Part shown: in pieces, positions 46,888 to 56,070 of the stretch
How positions within the stretch are numbered: position 1 is the stretch's first letter
Layout: every line of letters starts with the position of its first letter
DNA from: Myxococcales bacterium
Lineage (GTDB): Bacteria; Myxococcota_A; UBA9042; JABWCM01; BTVJ01
NCBI GenBank assembly: GCA_045863395.1
Contig: BTVJ01000044.1
Span: 1 to 64,000 of the forward strand
DNA: 64,000 nucleotides
Direction of reading: 5' to 3'
The notes under the pieces: model-generated
Seen by the model: only the letters and a program-made list of their open reading frames with translations
The model's database searches: none
Told to the model about the DNA's origin: nothing
Translations under genes and position numbers: made by a program

Positions 46888-49800
46888 TCATCCCGCATCC
46901 CTCCACAGTTCCTCGTGGAGGGTGCCGAGCACCTGCTCCAGCTTCCCCTCGAACACCTTGTTCAGCCGGGCGAAGCCGCCCTGGGACCTGAACTGGCCCC
47001 GGTCCAGGGCGTCGCGGTCCACGATGATCTCGGCCTTCAACTGCTTGCCGATGCGCTCCAGCCACTGGCGCTGCGGCTGCGTCCACGGCTGCGAGGCCAG
47101 CACCCTCTGGAGCGCCCGATCCACCCGCTGGTCGTAGGGGACAAGGGCGGAGCCCAACGCCTGCTGCCGGATGAACCCGATGATGGAGGCGGCGATGTCC
47201 TGGTTGCTGACCTGCGCCCACGCTGTCCGCAGGGCGCTCTCCGGGTAGCCGGCCTCGTCGAGCTTGAGCCGCAAATCCCGAAGCTGCTGGCGCGTGAGGT
47301 CCCGTGGGCGCTGCGTGACCACCATCAGCGCGTCGAGCGCGTTCTTGTTTGCGTCGATGAACGCCTTGAACCCGGCCAGGTAGTCTTCCGGCTTGGTCGC
47401 CTTCCCGTAGCCGCGTTCCGTGTCGATGAACTCGTCCTCGTGATCGGACACGAGGATGTCCCGACCTTCTTGGGGCCTGAGCTTGTCGAGAAAGGGCGCG
47501 ACGCCACGATGGGCCTCGAAGAACTCGACGGCCTTCGCCGTGTCGCCCGCCTTCAGGAGGTCCAGCACCTTCTCCGGGTCCTTGCCGGCCAAGGTGATGA
47601 AGGACTCCAGGTGCCGGCCCTTGATGCGGCGCTTCTTGACCTGGAGCTTCGCGACGAACTCCTCCAGCACGGCCTTCTTGTGGGCCTGATCGGCGACCGT
47701 AAGAAGCTCCTCGACAAGCTGCGTGAAGGTGATGTGCGGCCGGGTGACGACCGGCTTCATCGCCGTGTACGGCTCCAGGGCCGCGTACAGGTCCACGGCG
47801 TCGTAGATGCGGAAGAACTCCTTGCCGATGTCGGGGCATAGGCGGGTCGCCCGGCCGAGCATCTGCTCGTAGAGGATGCGGCTCTTCACGCGCCGGACGA
47901 ACACCAGATTCGTGATCTCCGGCACGTCGATGCCGGTCGTGAGCAGATCCACCGTGACGGCCACCTTCGGGAGCCGTTCGTTTTTGAAGCGGCGGAGCTT
48001 GTCCAAGGGCTTGTCGGCGGCGCCGGTGATCTTCATCACGGCATCGTCCTCGACCTCCCCGTAGGCGTCCGCCAGCGCCTGCTTGAGCAGCGTCACCACC
48101 GTGTCGGCGTGGGAGTCCGTCGCGCAGAAGATCATCGTCTTGCCCGGCAACGACGGATCGATCTCCTTCGCGAGGAACCCGCAGACCGTGCGGTTGAAGT
48201 TCTCGGTGAGCACCTGGAGGTTGAACCCCTCGACCTCGATGTCAATCTCGTCGGGGGTGTTGAACAACTCGATCTGCCCGGTGCCGGTGTTGAAGGCGGA
48301 GACCTTCTCCCCCGACTTCCAGTGGATGCCGTTCTGGTTCAGCTTCGTGAGGATGCGGATCGGCGGTTCGTGATCGATCAGGTGCCCGTCGATGACCGCC
48401 TGGCGGTAGCCGTACTCGAAGATGGGCTTGCCGAAAATCTCGGTCGTGTGGAGCGCCGGAGTGGCCGTGAGGCCGATTCGCACGGCGTCGAAGTGGTCGA
48501 GCACCCGCCGGTACTTGGAGATGTAGTCCGCCTCGCTGCGGTACTGCACCTGCAAGTCCGTCATCTCCTGGTCGAGGGCGTACCCTCGGTGGCACTCGTC
48601 CACGACGACGCAGTCGTACCAGTCCACAGGAACGGGAACGTCCCCGTCGCTCGGGAACATCAGCCGCTTGACCATCCCCTGCACGGTGGCGACGTGGAGG
48701 CGGGTGTCGGGCTCGGGCTTCAGGTCCCCCAGGCCCTTCACGTCGTAGATGTCGGTGATGCTCTGGAGGCTCTCCAGACGAACGTCCTTGAAGGCGTTGT
48801 GGGCCTGGTCACCAAGCGCGGTGCGGTCCACCAGGAACAGCACCCGACGGAACCGACCGGCCTTCACCAGCCGGTAGATGAGGCACAGGGCCAGGCGCGT
48901 CTTGCCCGTGCCGGTCGCCATCGCGAGGAGCATGTCCTGCTGGCCCTCCGCGATGGCCGACTCGACGGCGGCGATGGCCTGGTGCTGGTAGTCGCGGAGG
49001 GGGAGGTAGTCGGACGGCTCCGCCTTGAGCCTGGCGTCCGCCTTCTCGGCGTCCTGCTTGAGGAGGTCTTGCAGGCCCTCGGGGGTGTACCAGCCTTCGA
49101 GCGGGCGCGGGTGGTTCGTGGGCCGGCGGGCGTCCAGGAACCAGATGCCGCTCTTGGTCTTCAACTGCCGAAGGAACGGGCGCCCGTTCGTGGCGAACAG
49201 GAAGGGGACGTTGTACTTGCCCCACGGTGCCCCGTCGGCCAGCGGCTCTCCGGTCGAGTAGTAGGCGCGGCTGTACCGCTTCGACTGCTCGATGGCACCC
49301 ACCACGTCCTTGGCCTTGCGCTTCGCCTCGACGACGCCGATGGGCACGAGCCCGACGAACAGGACGTAGTCGGCCGGACCGGACGACGTGGGCCACTCGG
49401 CGATGGCGAGGTTCTTCCCCTTGGTCGGGCGGACCCCCGCCTTGTACGAGATGGCAACCGTGTCGGCCTCCCAGCCCGCCGCACGAAGCTGGGCGTCGAT
49501 CAGGAGGCGCGTCTCCGACTCGTCCAGTTGTAGCTGGTTCGTGGCCTGCTGCGCCTGCTGGAGCGCCGCAGCCACAGTGGGCTTCGGGGATGCGGCGACG
49601 GTGGCCTGGAGCGTCTGGAGCTTCTCCTTGAACTCGGCCTCGACCTTCGCCGCCTTGGCCTCCGTTTCCCCGGCCAGGTCGAGGGCCACGGCCAAGTCCT
49701 CGTAGGCCATCTTGGCCTGCGCGGCGGCCTGGGCTCGAAGCTCTGCCTCCTGCTCTGCCGTCGCCCGCAGGTGGGCCGCCTCGGCCTCGTGCTCGGCGAC

Positions 49801-50307
49801 CGCCTGGCGAAGCTGGGCAAGCTCGGCCCGGAGGGCGTACTCGGCCTCCCGTGGGTCTGGAGGGGGGACGAAGGGGCCGCTCTTGAAGCTGCGGTCCTTG
49901 AAGGCCCTCTGGAACCAGACGCCGAGCTTCCAGGCGATCCTCAGCCCGTGCAGGGCGTCCCGCTGAGTGCCCCTGTTGTCGTGGACGGCGAGGTTCCCGG
50001 CCTTGCGCAGGGTGTGGAACAGGTCAGCGACCTCGAAGTCGATGACCCCGGCGTCCTTGAGGCGCCGAAGGAGGTCCACCTGGGGCTCCTCAGCCGACGA
50101 GTACAGCCCGACGCTGGCGGCGGCCTCCTGAGCCAGTGCCTCACCGAACTGGCGGAGCTTGAACAGTGCGGTAACCGGGTCCTCGAAGACGAACCGCTCG
50201 GCCTTCACCCCGTGGAGGGCCAGCAAGGGGACAACCTTCGCCAGGTGTGCGAAGTTCGGCGACGCGAAGCCGGCCGAGTCGCGTGCCGGTGCATCAGTCG
50301 CGCCCAT
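46888..50307 (-). CDS. hsdR: Type I R-M restriction subunit (EcoKI-like)
   Basis: ADY..VEAK, MATGTGKT, DECHR, TATP, QMLGRATR. Confidence 0.95.
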   Translation of the reverse strand: MGATDAPARDSAGFASPNFAHLAKVVPLLALHGVKAERFVFEDPVTALFKLRQFGEALAQEAAASVGLYSSAEEPQVDLLRRLKDAGVIDFEVADLFHTLRKAGNLAVHDNRGTQRDALHGLRIAWKLGVWFQRAFKDRSFKSGPFVPPPDPREAEYALRAELAQLRQAVAEHEAEAAHLRATAEQEAELRAQAAAQAKMAYEDLAVALDLAGETEAKAAKVEAEFKEKLQTLQATVAASPKPTVAAALQQAQQATNQLQLDESETRLLIDAQLRAAGWEADTVAISYKAGVRPTKGKNLAIAEWPTSSGPADYVLFVGLVPIGVVEAKRKAKDVVGAIEQSKRYSRAYYSTGEPLADGAPWGKYNVPFLFATNGRPFLRQLKTKSGIWFLDARRPTNHPRPLEGWYTPEGLQDLLKQDAEKADARLKAEPSDYLPLRDYQHQAIAAVESAIAEGQQDMLLAMATGTGKTRLALCLIYRLVKAGRFRRVLFLVDRTALGDQAHNAFKDVRLESLQSITDIYDVKGLGDLKPEPDTRLHVATVQGMVKRLMFPSDGDVPVPVDWYDCVVVDECHRGYALDQEMTDLQVQYRSEADYISKYRRVLDHFDAVRIGLTATPALHTTEIFGKPIFEYGYRQAVIDGHLIDHEPPIRILTKLNQNGIHWKSGEKVSAFNTGTGQIELFNTPDEIDIEVEGFNLQVLTENFNRTVCGFLAKEIDPSLPGKTMIFCATDSHADTVVTLLKQALADAYGEVEDDAVMKITGAADKPLDKLRRFKNERLPKVAVTVDLLTTGIDVPEITNLVFVRRVKSRILYEQMLGRATRLCPDIGKEFFRIYDAVDLYAALEPYTAMKPVVTRPHITFTQLVEELLTVADQAHKKAVLEEFVAKLQVKKRRIKGRHLESFITLAGKDPEKVLDLLKAGDTAKAVEFFEAHRGVAPFLDKLRPQEGRDILVSDHEDEFIDTERGYGKATKPEDYLAGFKAFIDANKNALDALMVVTQRPRDLTRQQLRDLRLKLDEAGYPESALRTAWAQVSNQDIAASIIGFIRQQALGSALVPYDQRVDRALQRVLASQPWTQPQRQWLERIGKQLKAEIIVDRDALDRGQFRSQGGFARLNKVFEGKLEQVLGTLHEELWRDAG

Positions 50308-50497
50308 CGCCCTCGTCCCCTTTGGCCGGAATGCCGCCGGCCTCGATCCAGGCCATCAGCTTCGGCTTGTGCACGCGCCACTGGTTCCCGATGCGGACGG
50401 CCGGGATCTTCCCCTCACGGGCCAGGGTGTAGGCGGTCCGTTGCCCGATGCGGAGCAGTTCCGCCACCTCGGGGATGGTCATCATCTGGTCGTCCAC
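50294..50497 (-). CDS. Xis-like HTH protein leading the R-M operon
   Basis: MTIPEVAELLRIGQRTAY..IPAVRIGNQWR. Confidence 0.85.
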   Translation of the reverse strand: MDDQMMTIPEVAELLRIGQRTAYTLAREGKIPAVRIGNQWRVHKPKLMAWIEAGGIPAKGDEGDGRD

Positions 50498-50679
50498 GGA
50501 TTGACCTCGGTGGCGTGCGGTTGCCTCCGTTTGCCAAGGAGCGAAGGTACACCGGGGCGGAGGGGCTTGACCAGCACACGGGTCGGGCTTCGTCCCACTT
50601 TTCGGGACGTGATCGTCACCGGGCTCAATCCGGCGAAGGCGCCCGTAGTGGGGGACGGACGATCACGAGGAGGTGTCCG

Positions 50680-51348
50680 ATGTCCGTACCCGAGCCGTTC
50701 GGCTCCGATGCCGAGTACCTGGACGCCCTCTGGGCGCTCTTCTCCACCAGGGCGCGGCGCCTGGCCCTCGCCCGACAGCGGCGCCAGGCCGACGACGATG
50801 CCGCCTCCGAGTGGCCCCGCCGCCAGGGTCGCCGCCATCGTCCCGATGACGAGGACGACGATCTCGAACGCCTCGCGATGCTCACAGCCCGGGAGGAGCG
50901 CCAGGCCAGCGACATCGAGGGCCGCCTGCGGGCGCATCGTGCCGACCCGAAGGCCCGCCGCCTCGGCCTCGACCGTCTCGCGATGGCGCACGACCTGGGC
51001 GAGCAGGAACGCAACGTCCTGGCCTTGGCGACCTGCTTCGCTTTGAGCGAGGACCTGGCCGAGTTCGTGTGCGCCGATCTCGGCACCGGGTTCAGCGGCA
51101 ATGGCAGCGTCGAGTTCTACTCCCGCTTCCTGGGCTGCGACTCGACGGAGGATCGAGTTCGCATCCGGAGGATCTTCTCTCCGAGCGCCCCGTTGGTGAA
51201 GGCCGGGCTCATCACGTTGGACCGGATGCGGAACGAGTCGTTGGAGCCGGAGGATCTTCTCTGGTGTCGCCCCCGCATCACGCAGTCGGCTTTCGACACC
51301 ATCGTCGGCGCCGTTCCCGGCCTGGCCCTCGTGGAGGTGCAGGAATGA
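50680..51348 (+). CDS. Hypothetical winged-helix-like protein; paralog of 24828-25484
   Basis: GLDRLAMAHDLGEQERNVL..SAPLVKAGLI; GAGGAGG RBS. Confidence 0.7.
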   Translation: MSVPEPFGSDAEYLDALWALFSTRARRLALARQRRQADDDAASEWPRRQGRRHRPDDEDDDLERLAMLTAREERQASDIEGRLRAHRADPKARRLGLDRLAMAHDLGEQERNVLALATCFALSEDLAEFVCADLGTGFSGNGSVEFYSRFLGCDSTEDRVRIRRIFSPSAPLVKAGLITLDRMRNESLEPEDLLWCRPRITQSAFDTIVGAVPGLALVEVQE

Positions 51349-51650
51349 ACAACGCCGACCAGGTGGACCGTCTCGACGTGGCCCTTGACGCCCTGCTGGC
51401 GGTGCGCGTGGCCCTCGGCGGCCTCCTCACCGACGCGATGCCCGACGAGGCCCTGGACGAAGCCCTGCGGCACCACGAGGGCTACCAGGCCGCCCGCCGG
51501 GCCTTCGTGGAGGCGCTGTATGGAGCGGGACGCGGGGGCGTGAACGACGAGCACATCTTCGCCATCGAGTCGGCGGCGCACACCCTGGCTGCGCGGGCCG
51601 CAGAGGTCGGGTGGCGACTGGGCGTCACGGCCCGTACCGGCACCCGCTGA
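51345..51650 (+). CDS. Hypothetical protein; paralog of 25481-25792
   Basis: ATGA overlap; LDVALDALLAVRV..AAEVGW. Confidence 0.75.
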   Translation: MNNADQVDRLDVALDALLAVRVALGGLLTDAMPDEALDEALRHHEGYQAARRAFVEALYGAGRGGVNDEHIFAIESAAHTLAARAAEVGWRLGVTARTGTR

Positions 51651-51657
51651 TGCCGGG

Positions 51658-51999
51658 TTACCGCCCCAGTTCCCGGACGAGGCGGATCACGAGGTCCCGC
51701 CGCGTCGTGGTCAGGGCGGCGAAGCCTCGCAGTAGCTCCAGTTCCTCGGCGGAGTGCTCCGGAGTGGGAAGCTCACGTCCCACGTCGAGAAGGTCCCCGA
51801 GCCCGACGCCGAGCACGTCCGCGATCCGGGCCAGCGTAGACAGCGAGAGGGCACGCTGGCCCGATTCCCAGCGGCTTACCGTCACCGGGTCCATCTCCGT
51901 CGCCTCGGCCAGGCGCTCTTGCGTCCAGCCGCGCTCGGACCGCGCCCGACCGACCCGTTGGCCGATGGCGCGTAGCAGTTCGTGATCTCGGCTCCGCAT
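51658..51999 (-). CDS. XRE-family HTH regulator
   Basis: TQERLAE..DPVTVSRWESG. Confidence 0.9.
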   Translation of the reverse strand: MRSRDHELLRAIGQRVGRARSERGWTQERLAEATEMDPVTVSRWESGQRALSLSTLARIADVLGVGLGDLLDVGRELPTPEHSAEELELLRGFAALTTTRRDLVIRLVRELGR

Positions 52000-52055
52000 A
52001 CGGCGACCTCCGGGCGAAGGTCGCTTCGGGCGTCCTTTTCGACCACAACCGGCTT

Positions 52056-52076
52056 GGTCAGGTTGTTGACTTGACC
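52056..52076. promoter_or_regulatory. Palindromic operator GGTCAGGT-N5-ACTTGACC
   Basis: Matches 26232-26252. Confidence 0.7.
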
Positions 52077-52130
52077 TTGTTGTTGCGTGAGGCGATCCTG
52101 TCCGCCCCTCAGCGACGGAGGTCACGCACG

Positions 52131-53789
52131 ATGAGCATCACGTTGAGCAGGCTGGCGATGTCCTTCATCGGGGTGACATGCCTTCTCTGCGCTGCCGCCA
52201 CCGGGTGCAAGAACCAGGAGTCCTCGGGCGAGGGCCTAGTAGTGGCAGCGCAAGGCCCAGAGAACTCCGCGAAGCCCGGCAAGATCGCCGAAGCAGAAGT
52301 GCTGTCCGCCCCGCCGACGAAGGAGGCAGCCTCTGCACCGGCCGTGGCGCCGCCTCCTTCACCGCCGAAGGGCCGCCCGTCGTACATGCCGTGCATCGTC
52401 ACCGTGGGCTCCAGGGAGAACATCTCGGAGGTGTACAACCTGGGCTACGACGACGCCGGACGCCTCGTCCGAACAACCCGACAACTCACAGCGGGACAGT
52501 GCCCGACCCTAAACAAGAAGTGCCGGGACTTCCTCGACTCCTTCGCCTCGAAGGACATGGCGACGGACTACACCTACGACGACACCGGCCGCTTGTCGAA
52601 GGTGATCAGGTCGTTCGGCCAGGGCCGAAGGGGCGTTCTCAGCCTCACGTACAGCCCTGACGGGCACATGGCGAGCTACGAGTATAGGGAGACCCTGGAG
52701 AACGGCTCCGAGAACCACCACGCCGGGACGATCAACTACGGGGCCGACAGCCGGGTTGCGGGGGTCTCCGAACGAGGCCAAGTGTTCGCGGGCGGGATGC
52801 AGGACACCATCCGCACCTTCTCCGCCGTTGCCGGTCCAACCGACTCCCCGTATGCCGGGGCCGTCGTCGTATGGCCCTTCCAGATCGAAACGCCGTACCT
52901 TGGATGGACGGCGGCCAACGGTTCCTATCAGCTTGGCCGCATCAAGATCGACGTGACCGAGAACTACGAGTTCGGTCCCGACGCGCGGATCACCGCGATG
53001 ACGCAGAGCGACAACGACGGCGGGAGCTTCAGGTATGGGTTCGCCTACGACGGGTGTCCAAGTGCGGCGCTCGTGGATGCCGAGACGCCCGACCAGACCG
53101 ATCCCCGGAAGGTCGGCCTGAACGACCTGTTGTCCGCAAAGGGCGCCCTCCCGAACATCGTCTCCTCGGACACCACGGGGGTCTCGAACAAGCTCGCCGC
53201 TGCCATGAGCGGCACCGGGTCCGAGTTCGTCATGGGCCACGGGTCCGGCGGCATGGGCTTCAAAGGCATGGGCGGCGGCGACGGCGATGAAGGCTTCGGC
53301 CGCATCCATGGGCTGGGTCGCGACGACACCAGCGGCGGGCTCGGCAGGCAACCGGGGCACGACGAATTCACGCCGGACCAGGTTCGCGCCGCCAGCGTGG
53401 CAACGTTCCTCATCAACCTTCAACGCTACGCCTCGAACTGCGAGGAAATGAAGATGGCGACCGCCGCCTCGGTCGCCCACGACATGAAGACTTCCCGATC
53501 CGAGGCCAGCCGCTACTGGGCGATGTGGAAGTTCAACCAGGACACCTCCGGCTTGCCCGAGATCCCGCGTACCATCATCCAATACAAGAAGAAGTTCGCG
53601 GACTCTGCGCTCGCCGATCTTCGGCCTGTGGCTCAGGACAGCGGGATAGCCGAGGCGTGCAGGGACGCCTTGCTGGAAGCACTCAAGAGGGCCGCGACCG
53701 CGTGTGCCGACACGGGAGAGCCCCGCTCAACGGACTGGATCTTGAAGGTCGGCAACAAGTGCTACGTGAAGGGCGTTCCCGTCCACTGA
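52131..53789 (+). CDS. Putative lipoprotein with YD-like repeats
   Basis: Signal peptide ending ATGC; YDDAGRL, YDDTGRL and YSPDGH repeats. Confidence 0.72.
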   Translation: MSITLSRLAMSFIGVTCLLCAAATGCKNQESSGEGLVVAAQGPENSAKPGKIAEAEVLSAPPTKEAASAPAVAPPPSPPKGRPSYMPCIVTVGSRENISEVYNLGYDDAGRLVRTTRQLTAGQCPTLNKKCRDFLDSFASKDMATDYTYDDTGRLSKVIRSFGQGRRGVLSLTYSPDGHMASYEYRETLENGSENHHAGTINYGADSRVAGVSERGQVFAGGMQDTIRTFSAVAGPTDSPYAGAVVVWPFQIETPYLGWTAANGSYQLGRIKIDVTENYEFGPDARITAMTQSDNDGGSFRYGFAYDGCPSAALVDAETPDQTDPRKVGLNDLLSAKGALPNIVSSDTTGVSNKLAAAMSGTGSEFVMGHGSGGMGFKGMGGGDGDEGFGRIHGLGRDDTSGGLGRQPGHDEFTPDQVRAASVATFLINLQRYASNCEEMKMATAASVAHDMKTSRSEASRYWAMWKFNQDTSGLPEIPRTIIQYKKKFADSALADLRPVAQDSGIAEACRDALLEALKRAATACADTGEPRSTDWILKVGNKCYVKGVPVH

Positions 53790-53797
53790 TCGACGGC

Positions 53798-54205
53798 CTA
53801 CTCGACGCGCACGTAGACCACCTCCGCCCACCCGTCCCCGACGTAGACGAGGCCGTCGCCCTCGCACAGTGTGCAGGCGTCCCGGGCGTCCTCGTTTCCC
53901 GTTCCGTCTCCACACCACCAGCAGGCCCCCTCGCCCGAGGACGAGTAGGAGGCCAAGAAGCGCCAGCCGGGAGGCGGCTCCCGCAGCCCGAACATCACGT
54001 CGAGGATCGCCGTGCGGACCTCGTCGTCGTGGTCGAGGCCGAGTTCGTCCAAGGACACGTAGTCGGGCACGCCCTCGTACCAGTAGGCGATCCCCTCGGG
54101 GCCGTCCCACTCGTCGGGCCAGCGGTCGTCGGCCAGGTGCAGTTCACCGCCGCCGAGCCCGAACACGCACGCGATACGCTCGCGCTCCAGGTCGCCGTCG
54201 CCCAT
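53798..54205 (-). CDS. Hypothetical acidic protein with CxxC...CxxC zinc finger
   Basis: Start overlaps the ardC stop; CWWCGDG...CTLCEGDG. Confidence 0.65.
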   Translation of the reverse strand: MGDGDLERERIACVFGLGGGELHLADDRWPDEWDGPEGIAYWYEGVPDYVSLDELGLDHDDEVRTAILDVMFGLREPPPGWRFLASYSSSGEGACWWCGDGTGNEDARDACTLCEGDGLVYVGDGWAEVVYVRVE

Positions 54206-55137
54206 CACGCGGCCACCTTGAGCGCGGCGGCGGTGCCGCGCCCGGCGCGGGTGAGGAGGCAGTCGGCGGCCTCCTGGGCCATCCGGGAGGTGGTGAAGAT
54301 GGCCCTCTTGTCGTCCTGGAGCACCTTCACCCACGACCCGATGTACTCGGCGTGCTGGAGGCGCCCGTCGATCCCGAGGTCCGCGCACAGGAAGGCGGCG
54401 GCCAACTCCGCCACCAACTCCTCGGCGGCGTAGCTCTCGCTCCCGAACCGGCCGGTGAGGTCGCGGTTCAGGCGGCTCTTGTGCCCCGTCCAGTGCGCCA
54501 ACTCGTGGAGCACCGTGGCGTGGTAGCTGGCCGCGTCGTCGAACCTGCTCGGGGCCGGGACGACGATCCTGTCGGCGCCGGGCTGGTAGTAGGCCCGCAC
54601 GCCCTGGTGCTGGATATCGGCGCCGGAGGCGGTCACGAGGGCGACCGCGCCGTCGTAGTTGTCGTCGTCGGCGACGTGATCGAGGGCACCATCGACCACG
54701 GCGTGCTTGGAGCCCTCGGGCCACTCGATCTGCTCGGCGTTGAACACCACGTAGTGGCGGAGCAGGGGGATCTTCTTGCTGCGGCCCACGGCCTCGTCGG
54801 TGTCGTCCGAGGCGTCACCGGCCTCCTTGGCATCCAGGAAGGTCCAGTAAATCACCTGGGAGCCGCGCTCGCCCTTGCGGACGCAGCCCCCCAGCGCCTT
54901 CGCCTGGTTGAAGGTGTACCACCTGGGCGACGAGAAGCCGGACATCCCGGTGAGGACGGTGTTGATCCCCTTGTAGACGTGCCCGGAGGCCCCGTTGCGC
55001 TGCGGGCCGGGCTCACCGGCCGTGCTCCAGGGCCGGACCCAGGGCGGCGTGCCCTTCTCCAGGGCGGCGACGATGCGGTCGGTGACCTCGGCGTATAGGT
55101 CGCGGCGTTCGGCGCGGACGTTGGGCTTGCTGGCCAT
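54205..55137 (-). CDS. ardC: Antirestriction protein ArdC
   Basis: PWVRPW, YKGIN, WYTFNQA, VFNAEQ, HELAHWTGH, YAAEELVAE. Confidence 0.93.
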   Translation of the reverse strand: MASKPNVRAERRDLYAEVTDRIVAALEKGTPPWVRPWSTAGEPGPQRNGASGHVYKGINTVLTGMSGFSSPRWYTFNQAKALGGCVRKGERGSQVIYWTFLDAKEAGDASDDTDEAVGRSKKIPLLRHYVVFNAEQIEWPEGSKHAVVDGALDHVADDDNYDGAVALVTASGADIQHQGVRAYYQPGADRIVVPAPSRFDDAASYHATVLHELAHWTGHKSRLNRDLTGRFGSESYAAEELVAELAAAFLCADLGIDGRLQHAEYIGSWVKVLQDDKRAIFTTSRMAQEAADCLLTRAGRGTAAALKVAA

Positions 55138-55195
55138 CTCGGTGGTCCTCCTTGTCAAGGTCCACTACGGGCAAGCCCGTGGGCTTGAGCCCCTG

Positions 55196-55447
55196 CTATG
55201 ACGGCGGTTCGGGGTGACGGTGGGTCACGAGGACGTTCTCGGCGGGGACGACGGGCTCGTCGAGGACGCCGGCCTCCATCCACGAGGCGAAGGTGAACTC
55301 GACGATGAGGCCGCCCCGGTCCAGGAACACGACGCGGCGCCGGAGGCGGATCACGTTGTCGTTCCGGCGGGCTGGCAGGTCGGCAGCGGCCTGCTGGTTC
55401 CGTGCGCGGCGATCCTGTCGGCGCCGCCGATCACGTCGCCGGCTCAT
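55196..55447 (-). CDS. Hypothetical protein
   Basis: GGAGG RBS; preceded by the element promoter motif. Confidence 0.6.
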   Translation of the reverse strand: MSRRRDRRRRQDRRARNQQAAADLPARRNDNVIRLRRRVVFLDRGGLIVEFTFASWMEAGVLDEPVVPAENVLVTHRHPEPPS

Positions 55448-55519
55448 CGGTGGTCCTCCAGGCGGTGTCGAAGGTGCACCTCCAGGAGGTCACTACGGGC
55501 AGGTTCCCCTGGTTGAGCC

Positions 55520-55855
55520 CTACTCGGGGTGCAGCGGCAGCGTCTTCGGCTCCTGGAGGGCTTCGAGGACTCGTTCAACGACGCCGCGCACAGCGTCGAG
55601 GACCTGGTGCCGACCCTCGGGGTGCTCGTGGAGCGCCGCCGTGACCGCCTCCACGAGCGCATCGCCGAGGATGACGACGGCCTCTTCGGGATCGCCGGCG
55701 GGCGCCACCGCGCAGGTGAGGTTGAGGCCGGCGGCAAGCCGGGCGACAGCCCAGATGCCCAGGATGTCGGCGTTCCCGTCGGCCTTGATCCGGGCGGCAA
55801 GCTCGTCGATGACGGCGGCGATGTCCTGGGGAGCGATGGCGTTCGTGCCGGGCAT
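55520..55855 (-). CDS. Hypothetical protein
   Basis: GGAGG RBS; protein-like composition. Confidence 0.6.
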   Translation of the reverse strand: MPGTNAIAPQDIAAVIDELAARIKADGNADILGIWAVARLAAGLNLTCAVAPAGDPEEAVVILGDALVEAVTAALHEHPEGRHQVLDAVRGVVERVLEALQEPKTLPLHPE

Positions 55856-56070
55856 CGTGGTGACCTCCTACATCCTGGTCTCGATAGTCCAGCTACCGTC
55901 GTCGCTCCCCCAAACGTGGCAACCCCGAGCCGAGGGCGCCTGTGCAGCATCACTGGACAGCGCCCGGGCAGGGCGAGGTGCCCCGAAGAGCTTGAACTCA
56001 AAGACGTTCAGGTCTCGGCCCCGAAGTGGCCGCAAGGTCTGCGTCGCCACGAGTAGCAGGTGGTGGTACG

